DNA from: an uncultured Actinomycetes bacterium
GTDB taxonomy: Bacteria > Actinomycetota > Actinomycetes > Nanopelagicales > Nanopelagicaceae
Length of the DNA stretch: 25,739 bases
Reading direction: 5' to 3'
Assembly (NCBI GenBank): GCA_903916775.1
Contig: CAIWXY010000158.1
Span: 1-25,739 of the forward strand
Shown: positions 18,336 to 25,739 of the stretch, one piece after another
Layout: each line of letters starts with the position of its first letter
Numbering within the stretch: position 1 is the first letter of the stretch
Notes under the pieces: generated by a model
Told to the model about the DNA's origin: nothing
The model's database searches: none
What the model saw: only the letters and a program-made list of their open reading frames with translations
Program-made: the position numbers and the translations under genes

Positions 18336-18749
18336 TTAGGCTTTGTTAAAGCAGGAACCGCAGGTGCCATAGATGGCGAAGTGAGTGACATCGGTATGGA
18401 AGCCGTAATCATCGAGCAGACCCTGAACGAAACTTGCTGAGGACTCGATCGGAGCATCTCCTACTTCACCGCAGACACCACAGACGAGATGTAGGTGCGT
18501 CAATTCTTCTGCAGCGTGATACGTCGCACCGCCATGGCCTAAGTGAGTGTGCTGAACGAGTCCAACATTCTCGAGCGTCTCAAGGTTGCGATAGACAGTG
18601 GAGAGATTGATCCCTGGATGCGTCTCGTGAATCTTGGTCGCGACCTCTTCAGGTGTGGCATGACCTAGTGTGCGAACTGCTTGTAATACCAATTCACGTT
18701 GAGGGGTCAGGCGAAGGCCTTTTTCACGGAGTTCATGCTGTTGTGCCAT
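18336..18749 (-). CDS. nur: Fur-family metalloregulator, most similar in motifs to Streptomyces Nur
   Basis: [44 protein letters not shown] and CxxC; TACAAT(18756-18761)-6 nt-ATG. Fur family is certain; the Nur subtype comes from recalled motifs. Confidence 0.72.
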   Translation of the reverse strand: MAQQHELREKGLRLTPQRELVLQAVRTLGHATPEEVATKIHETHPGINLSTVYRNLETLENVGLVQHTHLGHGGATYHAAEELTHLHLVCGVCGEVGDAPIESSASFVQGLLDDYGFHTDVTHFAIYGTCGSCFNKA

Positions 18750-18781
18750 ACCTTAATTGTACGGGTATCCTTACGGTCCTT

Positions 18782-19501
18782 ATGGCGCGCATATTGGTAT
18801 TGACCAGTGCGATTAGCTCTCCCGCTAATCCAGCGGTACTACCTGCGCTGAGTTTGCTTCAGCATGATGTTCGCATCTTGCCCGCCGAGAGTTCAATTCT
18901 GATCGATGCTCCTGAATCTGATTGCATCATTCTCGATGCACGCAAAGATCTTCCTCAGATGAAGGCCCTTGCGCGTTTGATGACATCCACGGGTCTTAGC
19001 GCACCTCTCATTGTCGCTGTGACCGAGGGCGGATTATCCGCCATCAGCAGCGAGTGGGGCTCTGATGATGTCATTCTTGACACAGCAGGACCAGCAGAGA
19101 TCGAAGCGCGAATCCGTATCGCGATCGGACGCTTTAAAGATCATGCAACGTCCCTTGATCAATCACTTCGTGAAATTCGCACCGGTGAAGTTGTTATTGA
19201 TGAGACTGCTTACACCGCAAAGATTCGCGGTCGTTCACTCGATCTCACTTTCAAAGAGTTTGAACTCCTCAAGTTCTTGGCTCAACACCCTGGACGAGTA
19301 TTTACTCGCGCACAGTTGTTGCAAGAAATTTGGGGTTACGACTACTTCGGTGGCACTCGTACCGTAGATGTGCACATTCGTCGTCTGCGCTCGAAGTTGG
19401 GCCCGGAGTTCGAAGCGATCATCGGCACAGTACGTAACGTCGGTTACCGCTTCACAATCAGCGGTTCACCACGAGATGCATTTGTAAGCGAGAGCGTTTA
19501 A
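18782..19501 (+). CDS. glnR: Nitrogen regulator GlnR (atypical OmpR-family orphan regulator)
   Basis: [57 protein letters not shown] and [20 protein letters not shown]. True start is ATG 18782; the track's 18653 start lies inside nur on the opposite strand. Confidence 0.9.
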   Translation: MARILVLTSAISSPANPAVLPALSLLQHDVRILPAESSILIDAPESDCIILDARKDLPQMKALARLMTSTGLSAPLIVAVTEGGLSAISSEWGSDDVILDTAGPAEIEARIRIAIGRFKDHATSLDQSLREIRTGEVVIDETAYTAKIRGRSLDLTFKEFELLKFLAQHPGRVFTRAQLLQEIWGYDYFGGTRTVDVHIRRLRSKLGPEFEAIIGTVRNVGYRFTISGSPRDAFVSESV

Positions 19502-19511
19502 CCCTCTCCCT

Positions 19512-20723
19512 TTACTTCGTGATTGTGAACGAACCGGTTGTGAGTGCGCTCGGCAAATAATAGGTATCTCCACCCGTTTGTGCTGTGAGTGTGCACGTTC
19601 CCGCAGCAAGTAGGTGAATATTCATTCCCGAAATCGCACATGTCGTTGGGGTCTTGCTTGTTAGGGTGACGACAGATTGCGAATTAAGGACGCCATAGTT
19701 ATTGAAGTACGGAGCTATTGGCATCAAATCCCCATACTTCGCCCAGACTGTCAGTGATTGGGCTGAAGCCATAAAGAGCATGAGTGAGGATAGGTTTGTA
19801 AAGCGATTGATCGGTGCAGGTACTGGGAAATTAGTCGCTGATGGCACAACGACTGGATAAGAAGATGCTGGAAGGATTGCGACTGCTGGACATGGATTTG
19901 CAGCCTTGGTCAGGGTTGCAGATGTGCTGGCAGTGCCACCGTTGAGAATTGCGTTGAAGCAGGTGGTAGATGCGTTGCCGCCACTGATAATTGCTGGCGG
20001 ATGTGTAGCTGTAAGTGTTGCTGTTAGAGGTGTTGTGTATTGATCTGCAGGATCTGAGGTATCGCAGCCATATGCGTTGCACTCTGCGACGCTAAATTCA
20101 TACCAGGTGCTTGGAGTAAGACCAGTAAATTTTGCTGATGTACCCGTTACTTGCTGCATAGTCTGCAGAGCGGTGTTGTAGTAAGGCCATGCATAAACTT
20201 TGTAGCCATACACAGGTGCTCCACCAGTACCGATTCCCGGAACCCAGGTCACATCAATCTCTGTATTGCTGATTGTCTGAGTAACTAACGTTGTTGGGTA
20301 ATCTGGTTGACCCAACCATGCTGTACTTGCTGAAGGTTGTGACGGCGCACTTGCACTCGTTGCACTCTTGACAACAACTGTGAATGTGTAGGGAGTCTGC
20401 GGCTTAAAAGGATTTGGCACGGTGCTGTTGGAGTAGACGCACTGATTGACAAATGCAGAGGCCGTGCATGTTGCGCCAGATGGGTTCGCTGTAACTACAT
20501 AGGAACTCACGCCTGATGTCGAAGCAAGCGGTGTCCAACTTACTAAGAAACCAACTTTGGGATCCCACATTGCACTCACACCCGTGACGGCTGGAATGAC
20601 GGTAGTTGTGGGAGTAGCTGCAGGGGTAGGCGTTGCAGCCTGAGAAGTAGGCGCTATGAACGCTGTGATACCTACTGCGGCAGCGATAAAAGCCCCCACA
20701 TATTTACGCGAAATAATTCTCAT
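19512..20723 (-). CDS. Secreted fibronectin type III domain protein with a C-terminal Ig-like module
   Basis: Signal peptide ending TSQA; two FN3-like units (VSWTP..Y.V; VTWVP..GAPVYGYKV..GLTPSTWYEFSVAECNAYG); terminal TPTTC..AGTCTLTAQTGG..Y module; SD GGAGG at 20728-20732. Confidence 0.8.
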   Translation of the reverse strand: MRIISRKYVGAFIAAAVGITAFIAPTSQAATPTPAATPTTTVIPAVTGVSAMWDPKVGFLVSWTPLASTSGVSSYVVTANPSGATCTASAFVNQCVYSNSTVPNPFKPQTPYTFTVVVKSATSASAPSQPSASTAWLGQPDYPTTLVTQTISNTEIDVTWVPGIGTGGAPVYGYKVYAWPYYNTALQTMQQVTGTSAKFTGLTPSTWYEFSVAECNAYGCDTSDPADQYTTPLTATLTATHPPAIISGGNASTTCFNAILNGGTASTSATLTKAANPCPAVAILPASSYPVVVPSATNFPVPAPINRFTNLSSLMLFMASAQSLTVWAKYGDLMPIAPYFNNYGVLNSQSVVTLTSKTPTTCAISGMNIHLLAAGTCTLTAQTGGDTYYLPSALTTGSFTITK

Positions 20724-20801
20724 ATCGCCTCCAGAGTTTATGTAAGGAAAAGTTTCCCATCCTTTAGTTAAACACTCCAGGCTGACACGAGAAATGAATG
20801 G

Positions 20802-21569
20802 TTAATACTCTTCGCTGAAAGTAAACAAGGCCTCTAGGTAGTGATCGCCAGTGATTCCGAGGTTGGCGGCATCAGGCGGCGCGGTCTGAGGTTCGATGCA
20901 TACGCCCTCGGTATCTTCTGTATAAACGACCCACCACGGTGCATCTGATTCGACTGTAATACGAGCAGCACCTGGCCAGATGACCGATGGAATTCCTTTT
21001 ACATCGGTAAAGCAATCATCCCAAGGCTCAGGTGACTGAGGAACGAAATCACCAGTGGGAAGACCCTCTTCATCACGCTTGAGCATGCGACCTGCGCGAA
21101 ACTCCACTTCTGCCTCACCGCCACGCGACAGCTCCCGCGGGAACCAAGGGTGCATTCCGAGCCATGCTGGAATATCGCAACCATTAGCTTCGTATTCCAA
21201 GATCCAACGAACTGCATCATCTAATACTTCGATTGTCTGCTCGACAACTGCGCCGTTGTATGGAGCAGGAAGTTCCAGGCGCGCGCGACCTTTACCGACT
21301 TCTTCCCATCCAGATGTAAATGCGTAGCCATGAATAGCGTGCGGTGGTGCCCATGTGGTTGGGAGCGTGTGTTCGGTGCCGTCGGCGCCGGTGATTAAAC
21401 CTTCGTTGATTCGACCGGCCCATGGTGCCATTGGATACCAACCCCATGAGAGTGGTGTTCCGCGAAACGGAACCGCGAATTGCAGATCGCGCCATTGCAG
21501 CGATGCGATACGCCCACCTTGATCTAGGTCAATGCCGACTGAAATTTCTTGACCATCAATATGTTGCAT
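20802..21569 (-). CDS. Aldose 1-epimerase (galactose mutarotase-like) family protein
   Basis: PMAPWAGRI, HAIHG, GMHPWF, WDDCF and CIEPQT; start overlaps the pfkB stop (TAATG). Confidence 0.87.
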   Translation of the reverse strand: MQHIDGQEISVGIDLDQGGRIASLQWRDLQFAVPFRGTPLSWGWYPMAPWAGRINEGLITGADGTEHTLPTTWAPPHAIHGYAFTSGWEEVGKGRARLELPAPYNGAVVEQTIEVLDDAVRWILEYEANGCDIPAWLGMHPWFPRELSRGGEAEVEFRAGRMLKRDEEGLPTGDFVPQSPEPWDDCFTDVKGIPSVIWPGAARITVESDAPWWVVYTEDTEGVCIEPQTAPPDAANLGITGDHYLEALFTFSEEY

Positions 21570-22468
21570 TAGTAGCCGACCAACTCTTCTTTTGTAGGTG
21601 GGTTAGCTCCCGGGCGAGAAACTGTGATTGATGCTGCTTTAGCAGCGCGAGTAAGCACTTGGCGAAGTACATCTCCGGTGAGATGAGCTAAACCATGTTC
21701 GATAATTCCCTCAACGATAATTGCGCCAACAGTGTCGCCGGCACCAACAGTGTCAGAGACTTCGACTCGAACTCCTGGTACACGAACTTCTCCGGCTCGC
21801 GTGAAACCAGCCAGTCCTTCACTACCAAGAGTGACAACAACGAGCGCAGCCCCTTGCGCAAGCCAGTTATTTGCAACATCGTGCATGCTTGTTCCTGGAT
21901 ATAGCCATTGCAGATCTTCTTCGCTTACCTTGATGACAGAAGAAATCGTGGCCCACTTATCGACAACGCTGCGATATTGCGCGCGATCACTAATGACAGA
22001 AGGGCGGATATTGGGATCAAAAACGAGCGGCGCTTTGATCTTCTTCATCCAATCAAAGAGCTTGGTAGCACCTGGCTCTACGATCGTGGCGAGCGTGCCG
22101 ACGTGAGTTACAGCAGGTGGGTTTGTCGGATCTGGTAGCCACTTTTCATCGAATTCAAATGTCGCGGTGCCGTCAATCAAGAACTCATAAGATGCTCCGC
22201 CATCAGCGGCAAGAGTTACGGTCGCGGTGCATGTTGGGAGCTTGCTCTTGAGTGTGTAATCCAGATGTACGCCATCTGCCAAGAGCTCTGCGCGAATCGC
22301 TTTGCCATAGTCATCGGTAGAAATTCCATCAATGAAGTACGAATCAAAACCCAGGCGAGCCAGAGCTTTGGCGGTATTAGCTGGTCCGCCACCAACGATT
22401 GCAACGCGAGAATCTCCCTGAGGGATGAGATCGATCAGCGCTTCTCCTGCTACCCATACTGATGCCAT
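21569..22468 (-). CDS. PfkB-family carbohydrate kinase (fructokinase-like)
   Basis: GEALIDL, GGGPANTAKALARLG, FDPNIRP, KVSEEDL and DTVGAGD. Confidence 0.92.
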   Translation of the reverse strand: MASVWVAGEALIDLIPQGDSRVAIVGGGPANTAKALARLGFDSYFIDGISTDDYGKAIRAELLADGVHLDYTLKSKLPTCTATVTLAADGGASYEFLIDGTATFEFDEKWLPDPTNPPAVTHVGTLATIVEPGATKLFDWMKKIKAPLVFDPNIRPSVISDRAQYRSVVDKWATISSVIKVSEEDLQWLYPGTSMHDVANNWLAQGAALVVVTLGSEGLAGFTRAGEVRVPGVRVEVSDTVGAGDTVGAIIVEGIIEHGLAHLTGDVLRQVLTRAAKAASITVSRPGANPPTKEELVGY

Positions 22469-22978
22469 TTATGCCAACTCTCCTTGTCGTGCTAAAAATT
22501 GTGTAATGACTTCTACCCCAAATAAATGATCTTCTACTTGTGGCAATCCGCTGATAATTAAAATCCCAGTAAGGCCTGATCCCGTCACATTAATTGGCAA
22601 ACCACCACCATGAATTGCATGTGTTACTTCTGGAAGGCCAGTTGATTCATACCAATCGATGCCTTGCTCTTCGGCTAATACTCGCTCAAACATTGTTGAG
22701 TGACCAGTAGCGAGGACGACGCGGGCTTTGCGCGCGATCCATGAAGGTTGTTCAGGTTTTGCACCTGGCAGCGCCATATGAAAGACGGTCCACCCTTCGG
22801 GCAGGGTTTCATCCATGAGTCGGACTTCGATTGAGATCTGTAGGTCGCGTTGGCGAGCAAGAGCGACTGCTATCTCGCCCAGATCAAGGGCATCACCTAA
22901 CTCAAAAGAGGCGAACTGCAGGAGTGACTCTTCGCCAAGAAGTCCTTCGCTGCTAAAGCCCCCGGTGGTTGTGATCAC
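22469..22978 (-). CDS. UPF0303 / GlcG-HbpS-like ('heme-degrading domain') protein
   Basis: WIARKARVV, GHST, AIHGGGLPI and ISGLPQVEDH; TAGAGT(22985-22990)-6 nt-GTG. Confidence 0.8.
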   Translation of the reverse strand: MITTTGGFSSEGLLGEESLLQFASFELGDALDLGEIAVALARQRDLQISIEVRLMDETLPEGWTVFHMALPGAKPEQPSWIARKARVVLATGHSTMFERVLAEEQGIDWYESTGLPEVTHAIHGGGLPINVTGSGLTGILIISGLPQVEDHLFGVEVITQFLARQGELA

Positions 22979-23029
22979 CGGGCAACTCTAGTCAATCAAC
23001 GCTCGATCAGAATTAATGCGCGAGGCGCT

Positions 23030-23986
23030 CTACGGATTAGTTGTTGCAGGTGCGCCTGAGGTTGCTGGAGCGCCAGCTCCCGCGGCGGCGCCAGCAGAAG
23101 CTCCACCTGAACGACCTGCAAAACCTCCGCCAGCACCTCCACCGCCGCCACCGAATGACAATCCGAGAGACTTCATGCAGCCCTGGAGCGCAGTCATAGT
23201 GGTTGGGTCTTGGAAGTTAGGACGTTGGCCAGGTGTAATAGTTACGCCAGCCTTTGTGAGACAGGCTGTCAAGGCAGGATTGCTAAACATTCCGCCACCG
23301 CGAGCACCGCTGCCAGCTGAAGAACCGCCTGCAGGAGCACCAGCTGGCGCACCGGTAGAGGCAGTGGATCCAGGAGCGCCAGAAGCGCCGCCCTTATAAC
23401 CTGAATGCGTACCGCTCTTAGAAGCTGATGTACCGGTACCGCCTGCAGCTGGACCACCAGTAAATCCACCAGCAGCTCCACCTGCGGCGCTAGCGCCACC
23501 AGCGAATCCACCAGTCGAAGCACCAGGAGCACCGGTATCGGTGATGCGAGCATTGTCGCCAGCCTTCAGTGATGCAGCTTGAGTTGGGTCAGTAAGAGTG
23601 ATGGTCACTGTGCTTCCTGAAACTTTTGCGATTGAACCGGTGATGCGAACACCAAATCCGCCACCGCCACCAAATCCACCACCACTGCCACCGAAACTAC
23701 TTCCACCACCACTACCGCCACCGAATCCACCTGATGAGGCTAAACGTGCGAAGGTAGAACGAAGTGACGAGACGTTTGTTGTAGAAGAGCTTGTTGCAGA
23801 GTGATGTCCATACCAGGCACCAACAGAGAGCAGTGCTACGGCAACAGTGAGTACACCAAGAATCTTTGTGTACTTATTTGTCCAAGAGAATGTTCCCTTA
23901 GCCAATTCTTCGGCGAGATGATTATCAACCGGATTAGCAAAGAGGTCGAAATCTTCTGGAGACGTTGGGTTTTTGTCATTACTCAT
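23030..23986 (-). CDS. Gly/Ala/Ser-rich bitopic membrane protein, last gene of the ABC operon (318 aa)
   Basis: ATG 23986 overlaps the permease 3' end by 8 nt. Acidic N-terminus, one TM (ILGVLTVAVALLSVGAWYG), GGFGGG runs, a short beta-rich unit and a C-x27-C mini-domain. The track's 24055 start lies inside the permease. Confidence 0.82.
   Translation of the reverse strand: MSNDKNPTSPEDFDLFANPVDNHLAEELAKGTFSWTNKYTKILGVLTVAVALLSVGAWYGHHSATSSSTTNVSSLRSTFARLASSGGFGGGSGGGSSFGGSGGGFGGGGGFGVRITGSIAKVSGSTVTITLTDPTQAASLKAGDNARITDTGAPGASTGGFAGGASAAGGAAGGFTGGPAAGGTGTSASKSGTHSGYKGGASGAPGSTASTGAPAGAPAGGSSAGSGARGGGMFSNPALTACLTKAGVTITPGQRPNFQDPTTMTALQGCMKSLGLSFGGGGGGAGGGFAGRSGGASAGAAAGAGAPATSGAPATTNP
23651..23731 (-). 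repeat. Low-complexity (GGT/GGC)n tract encoding SSGGFGGGSGGGSSFGGSGGGFGGGGGFG
   Basis: Imperfect ccaccgccaccaaatcc-type repeats visible on the plus strand. Confidence 0.7.
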
Positions 23987-25205
23987 AACGAAGTGCCTCG
24001 ATTGGTCGTAGTGATGCTGCTCTACTTGCTGGGTAGCCACCGAAGAAGATTCCAATAAGGATACTTACTCCGAAAGCCAAAATAACTGAGAGTGGTTCGA
24101 TAACTGGCTTGGTACCAGCGATCGTGAAGTTAGAACCGATGTATCCGCCGATTACCCCCAATAAACCACCTACTACCGAGAGAATCGTTGCCTCAATCAG
24201 GAACTGAGTCAGAATTGCGCTCTTTGGTGCACCGATAGCCTTGCGGATACCGATCTCGCGCGTGCGTTCAATCACTGTTACCAGCATGATGTTGGTAATA
24301 CCGATTCCACCTACGAGCAACGAAATTCCTGCAACCGCGCCGAGCAAGACGGTGAAAGTTGCCGAGCTTGATGAGGATGTTGCTAGGAGCTGAGCTGCGT
24401 TAAATGTGGAGTAATCACGCTTAGAAACGCTATGAATCTGGTGCTGCTGATCCATAATCGCGTAGATCTCATTCTGGGCTGCAGTTGTTGCAGTAGATGA
24501 CTTGGCTTCTACTGTGATGTTTGAAAGTGAACTGGTGGCGCCAGTAAGAGTGTTCTGCACCGCTGTCAGCGGAGCAATTACTAACGAGTCGCCATCTTGG
24601 AATCCAGAAGATCCCTTCACTGCAGTCAGGCCAACAATGGTAAATGGAATTCCACCGCACTTCATTACTTTGCCGATTGGATTATCAGTTCCAAAGAGCG
24701 CTGTAGCTGTGGTCTGGCCAATATCAGCAACGCGACGTCCCTGGGTGACATCATCGACAGAGAAGAAATTTCCTTTTTGAAGCGGAGTATTCGATATCTC
24801 GAAATAAGATGGCCACGATCCCACAAATGTTCCAGGTGTCGTGGTGTTGGCACCGACAGCACATGTGGCATTCGCGTTTTGGATTGGAGCAACCTGCTTG
24901 ATATCTGGAGCAAGTCGTGTGTTCATCAACGCGTAAGCGTTGGCAACAGTGAGTGGTTTGGTATTGCTTGCTACACCGCGAGAGCGAGGACCAAATCCGC
25001 CAGATGCACCAGAGCGCACTGTGATGGAGTTAGTACCAAGGCGATCGAGTGATGCCTGCACGGACTTCGCGGAACCGTTACCGACAGCAATTAGCACAAT
25101 CACCGACATGACACCGATCATGATGCCAAGGGTGGTTAGGAAGGTGCGAAGACGGTTGATGGTGAGTCCGCGCAATGCGAACTTAATGATCTCAAATAGG
25201 CTCAC
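23979..25205 (-). CDS. MacB/FtsX-family ABC transporter permease
   Basis: RTFLTTLGIMIGVMSVI, a large extracytoplasmic domain, SLLVGGIGITNIMLVTVIERTREIGIRKAIGA and YPASRAASLRPIEALRYE; GTGA overlap with the ATPase stop. Confidence 0.94.
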   Translation of the reverse strand: MSLFEIIKFALRGLTINRLRTFLTTLGIMIGVMSVIVLIAVGNGSAKSVQASLDRLGTNSITVRSGASGGFGPRSRGVASNTKPLTVANAYALMNTRLAPDIKQVAPIQNANATCAVGANTTTPGTFVGSWPSYFEISNTPLQKGNFFSVDDVTQGRRVADIGQTTATALFGTDNPIGKVMKCGGIPFTIVGLTAVKGSSGFQDGDSLVIAPLTAVQNTLTGATSSLSNITVEAKSSTATTAAQNEIYAIMDQQHQIHSVSKRDYSTFNAAQLLATSSSSSATFTVLLGAVAGISLLVGGIGITNIMLVTVIERTREIGIRKAIGAPKSAILTQFLIEATILSVVGGLLGVIGGYIGSNFTIAGTKPVIEPLSVILAFGVSILIGIFFGGYPASRAASLRPIEALRYE

Positions 25206-25738
25206 GCAACACGCTCCTTATTGAGTTCATCGCTGATGATCTTGCCATCGCGCATGCGAACAATTCGCTTTGCACGATCTGCAACCTCTTGTTCGTGTGT
25301 AATCACGACAATTGTTCGACCGGCGGCATTGATCTGATCGAAGAGATCGAGCAGGTCTGCAGTTGATTTGGAATCCAAGGCACCGGTTGGCTCATCGGCG
25401 AGCAAGAGCGATGGTCGAGTTGCAAGCGCCCGAGCCACAGCAACACGTTGCTGTTGGCCACCAGAAAGCTCAGTTGGCTCATGATCCACACGCTCAGCCA
25501 AACCCACTACTTCTAGGGCTTTAAGCGCACGCATTTTGCGCTCGGCGGGCTTGATGCCCTGATACGCCATAGGAAGTTCTACGTTCTTAAGCGCACTGGT
25601 CCGAGGGATCAAGTTGAAGGATTGGAAGATGAACCCGATTCTGCGGCCACGAAGGATCGCAAGTCCGTTTTCATTGAGCGAGGAGATCTCAATTCCGTCT
25701 AGGTAGTACTCACCTGAAGTCATGATGTCGAGCGCGCC
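25202..25738 (-). CDS. MacB/LolD-family ABC ATP-binding protein, 5' part (including Walker A) beyond the right edge
   Basis: Frame is open to the edge ([11 protein letters not shown]); [39 protein letters not shown] and VITHE. Confidence 0.94.
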   Translation of the reverse strand, partial: GALDIMTSGEYYLDGIEISSLNENGLAILRGRRIGFIFQSFNLIPRTSALKNVELPMAYQGIKPAERKMRALKALEVVGLAERVDHEPTELSGGQQQRVAVARALATRPSLLLADEPTGALDSKSTADLLDLFDQINAAGRTIVVITHEQEVADRAKRIVRMRDGKIISDELNKERVA

Positions 25739-25739
25739 G

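Noticed and set aside
18653-18781. 43-aa N-terminal extension of GlnR in the ORF track
   Set aside because: Overlaps nur on the opposite strand; similarity to GlnR begins at MARILVLT (18782).
4336-19531. Scattered GTGAAC/GTTCAC hexamers inside coding regions
   Set aside because: Single half-sites without 11-nt phased partners and mostly within ORFs; background occurrence.
20724-20801. Possible riboswitch or structured leader before the FN3 gene (AGGA-tgggaaactt-TTCCT)
   Set aside because: Region is under 80 nt with one weak stem, and I recognise no aptamer consensus; an Rfam/Infernal scan would be decisive.
23651-23731. Repeat tract considered as CRISPR or contingency repeat
   Set aside because: Imperfect in-frame Gly codon runs with no constant repeat/spacer structure and no cas genes.
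23016-23804. Pro-rich plus-strand ORFs (23016-23399, 23598-23804)
   Set aside because: Antisense mirror of the Gly/Ala codons of the Gly-rich gene.

Overview
Compact, gene-dense chromosomal segment of an actinomycete. The style suggests a streamlined freshwater Nanopelagicales/acI-like genome (inference from gene order and protein style, not from a search). Left to right: a large secreted Ig-like repeat protein gene that runs off the left edge and is absent from the ORF track; tRNA-Thr(UGU); a polyphosphate module (ppx convergent with ppk1-mutT1); the conserved actinobacterial block rlmB-cysS-ispDF-carD / lpqE-like / regX3-senX3 / phoU / gpmA-mshA; class 3 asparaginase, nitrobindin/FABP-like protein, an unannotated 52-aa membrane protein, ygfZ and a Nur-like Fur regulator divergent from glnR; a secreted FN3 protein; a UPF0303-PfkB-aldose epimerase operon; and the 3' part of a MacB-type ABC operon ending in a Gly-rich bitopic protein. 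No mobile element, CRISPR or rRNA is seen. The most striking non-gene signal is 12 genes with a TANNNT box exactly 6 nt before the start codon (leaderless geometry). In three of these the upstream gene's stop codon is the first half of the box. Other highlights are PHO-box-like 11-nt repeats before phoU and ppk1 and a SenX3 kinase with no membrane anchor.
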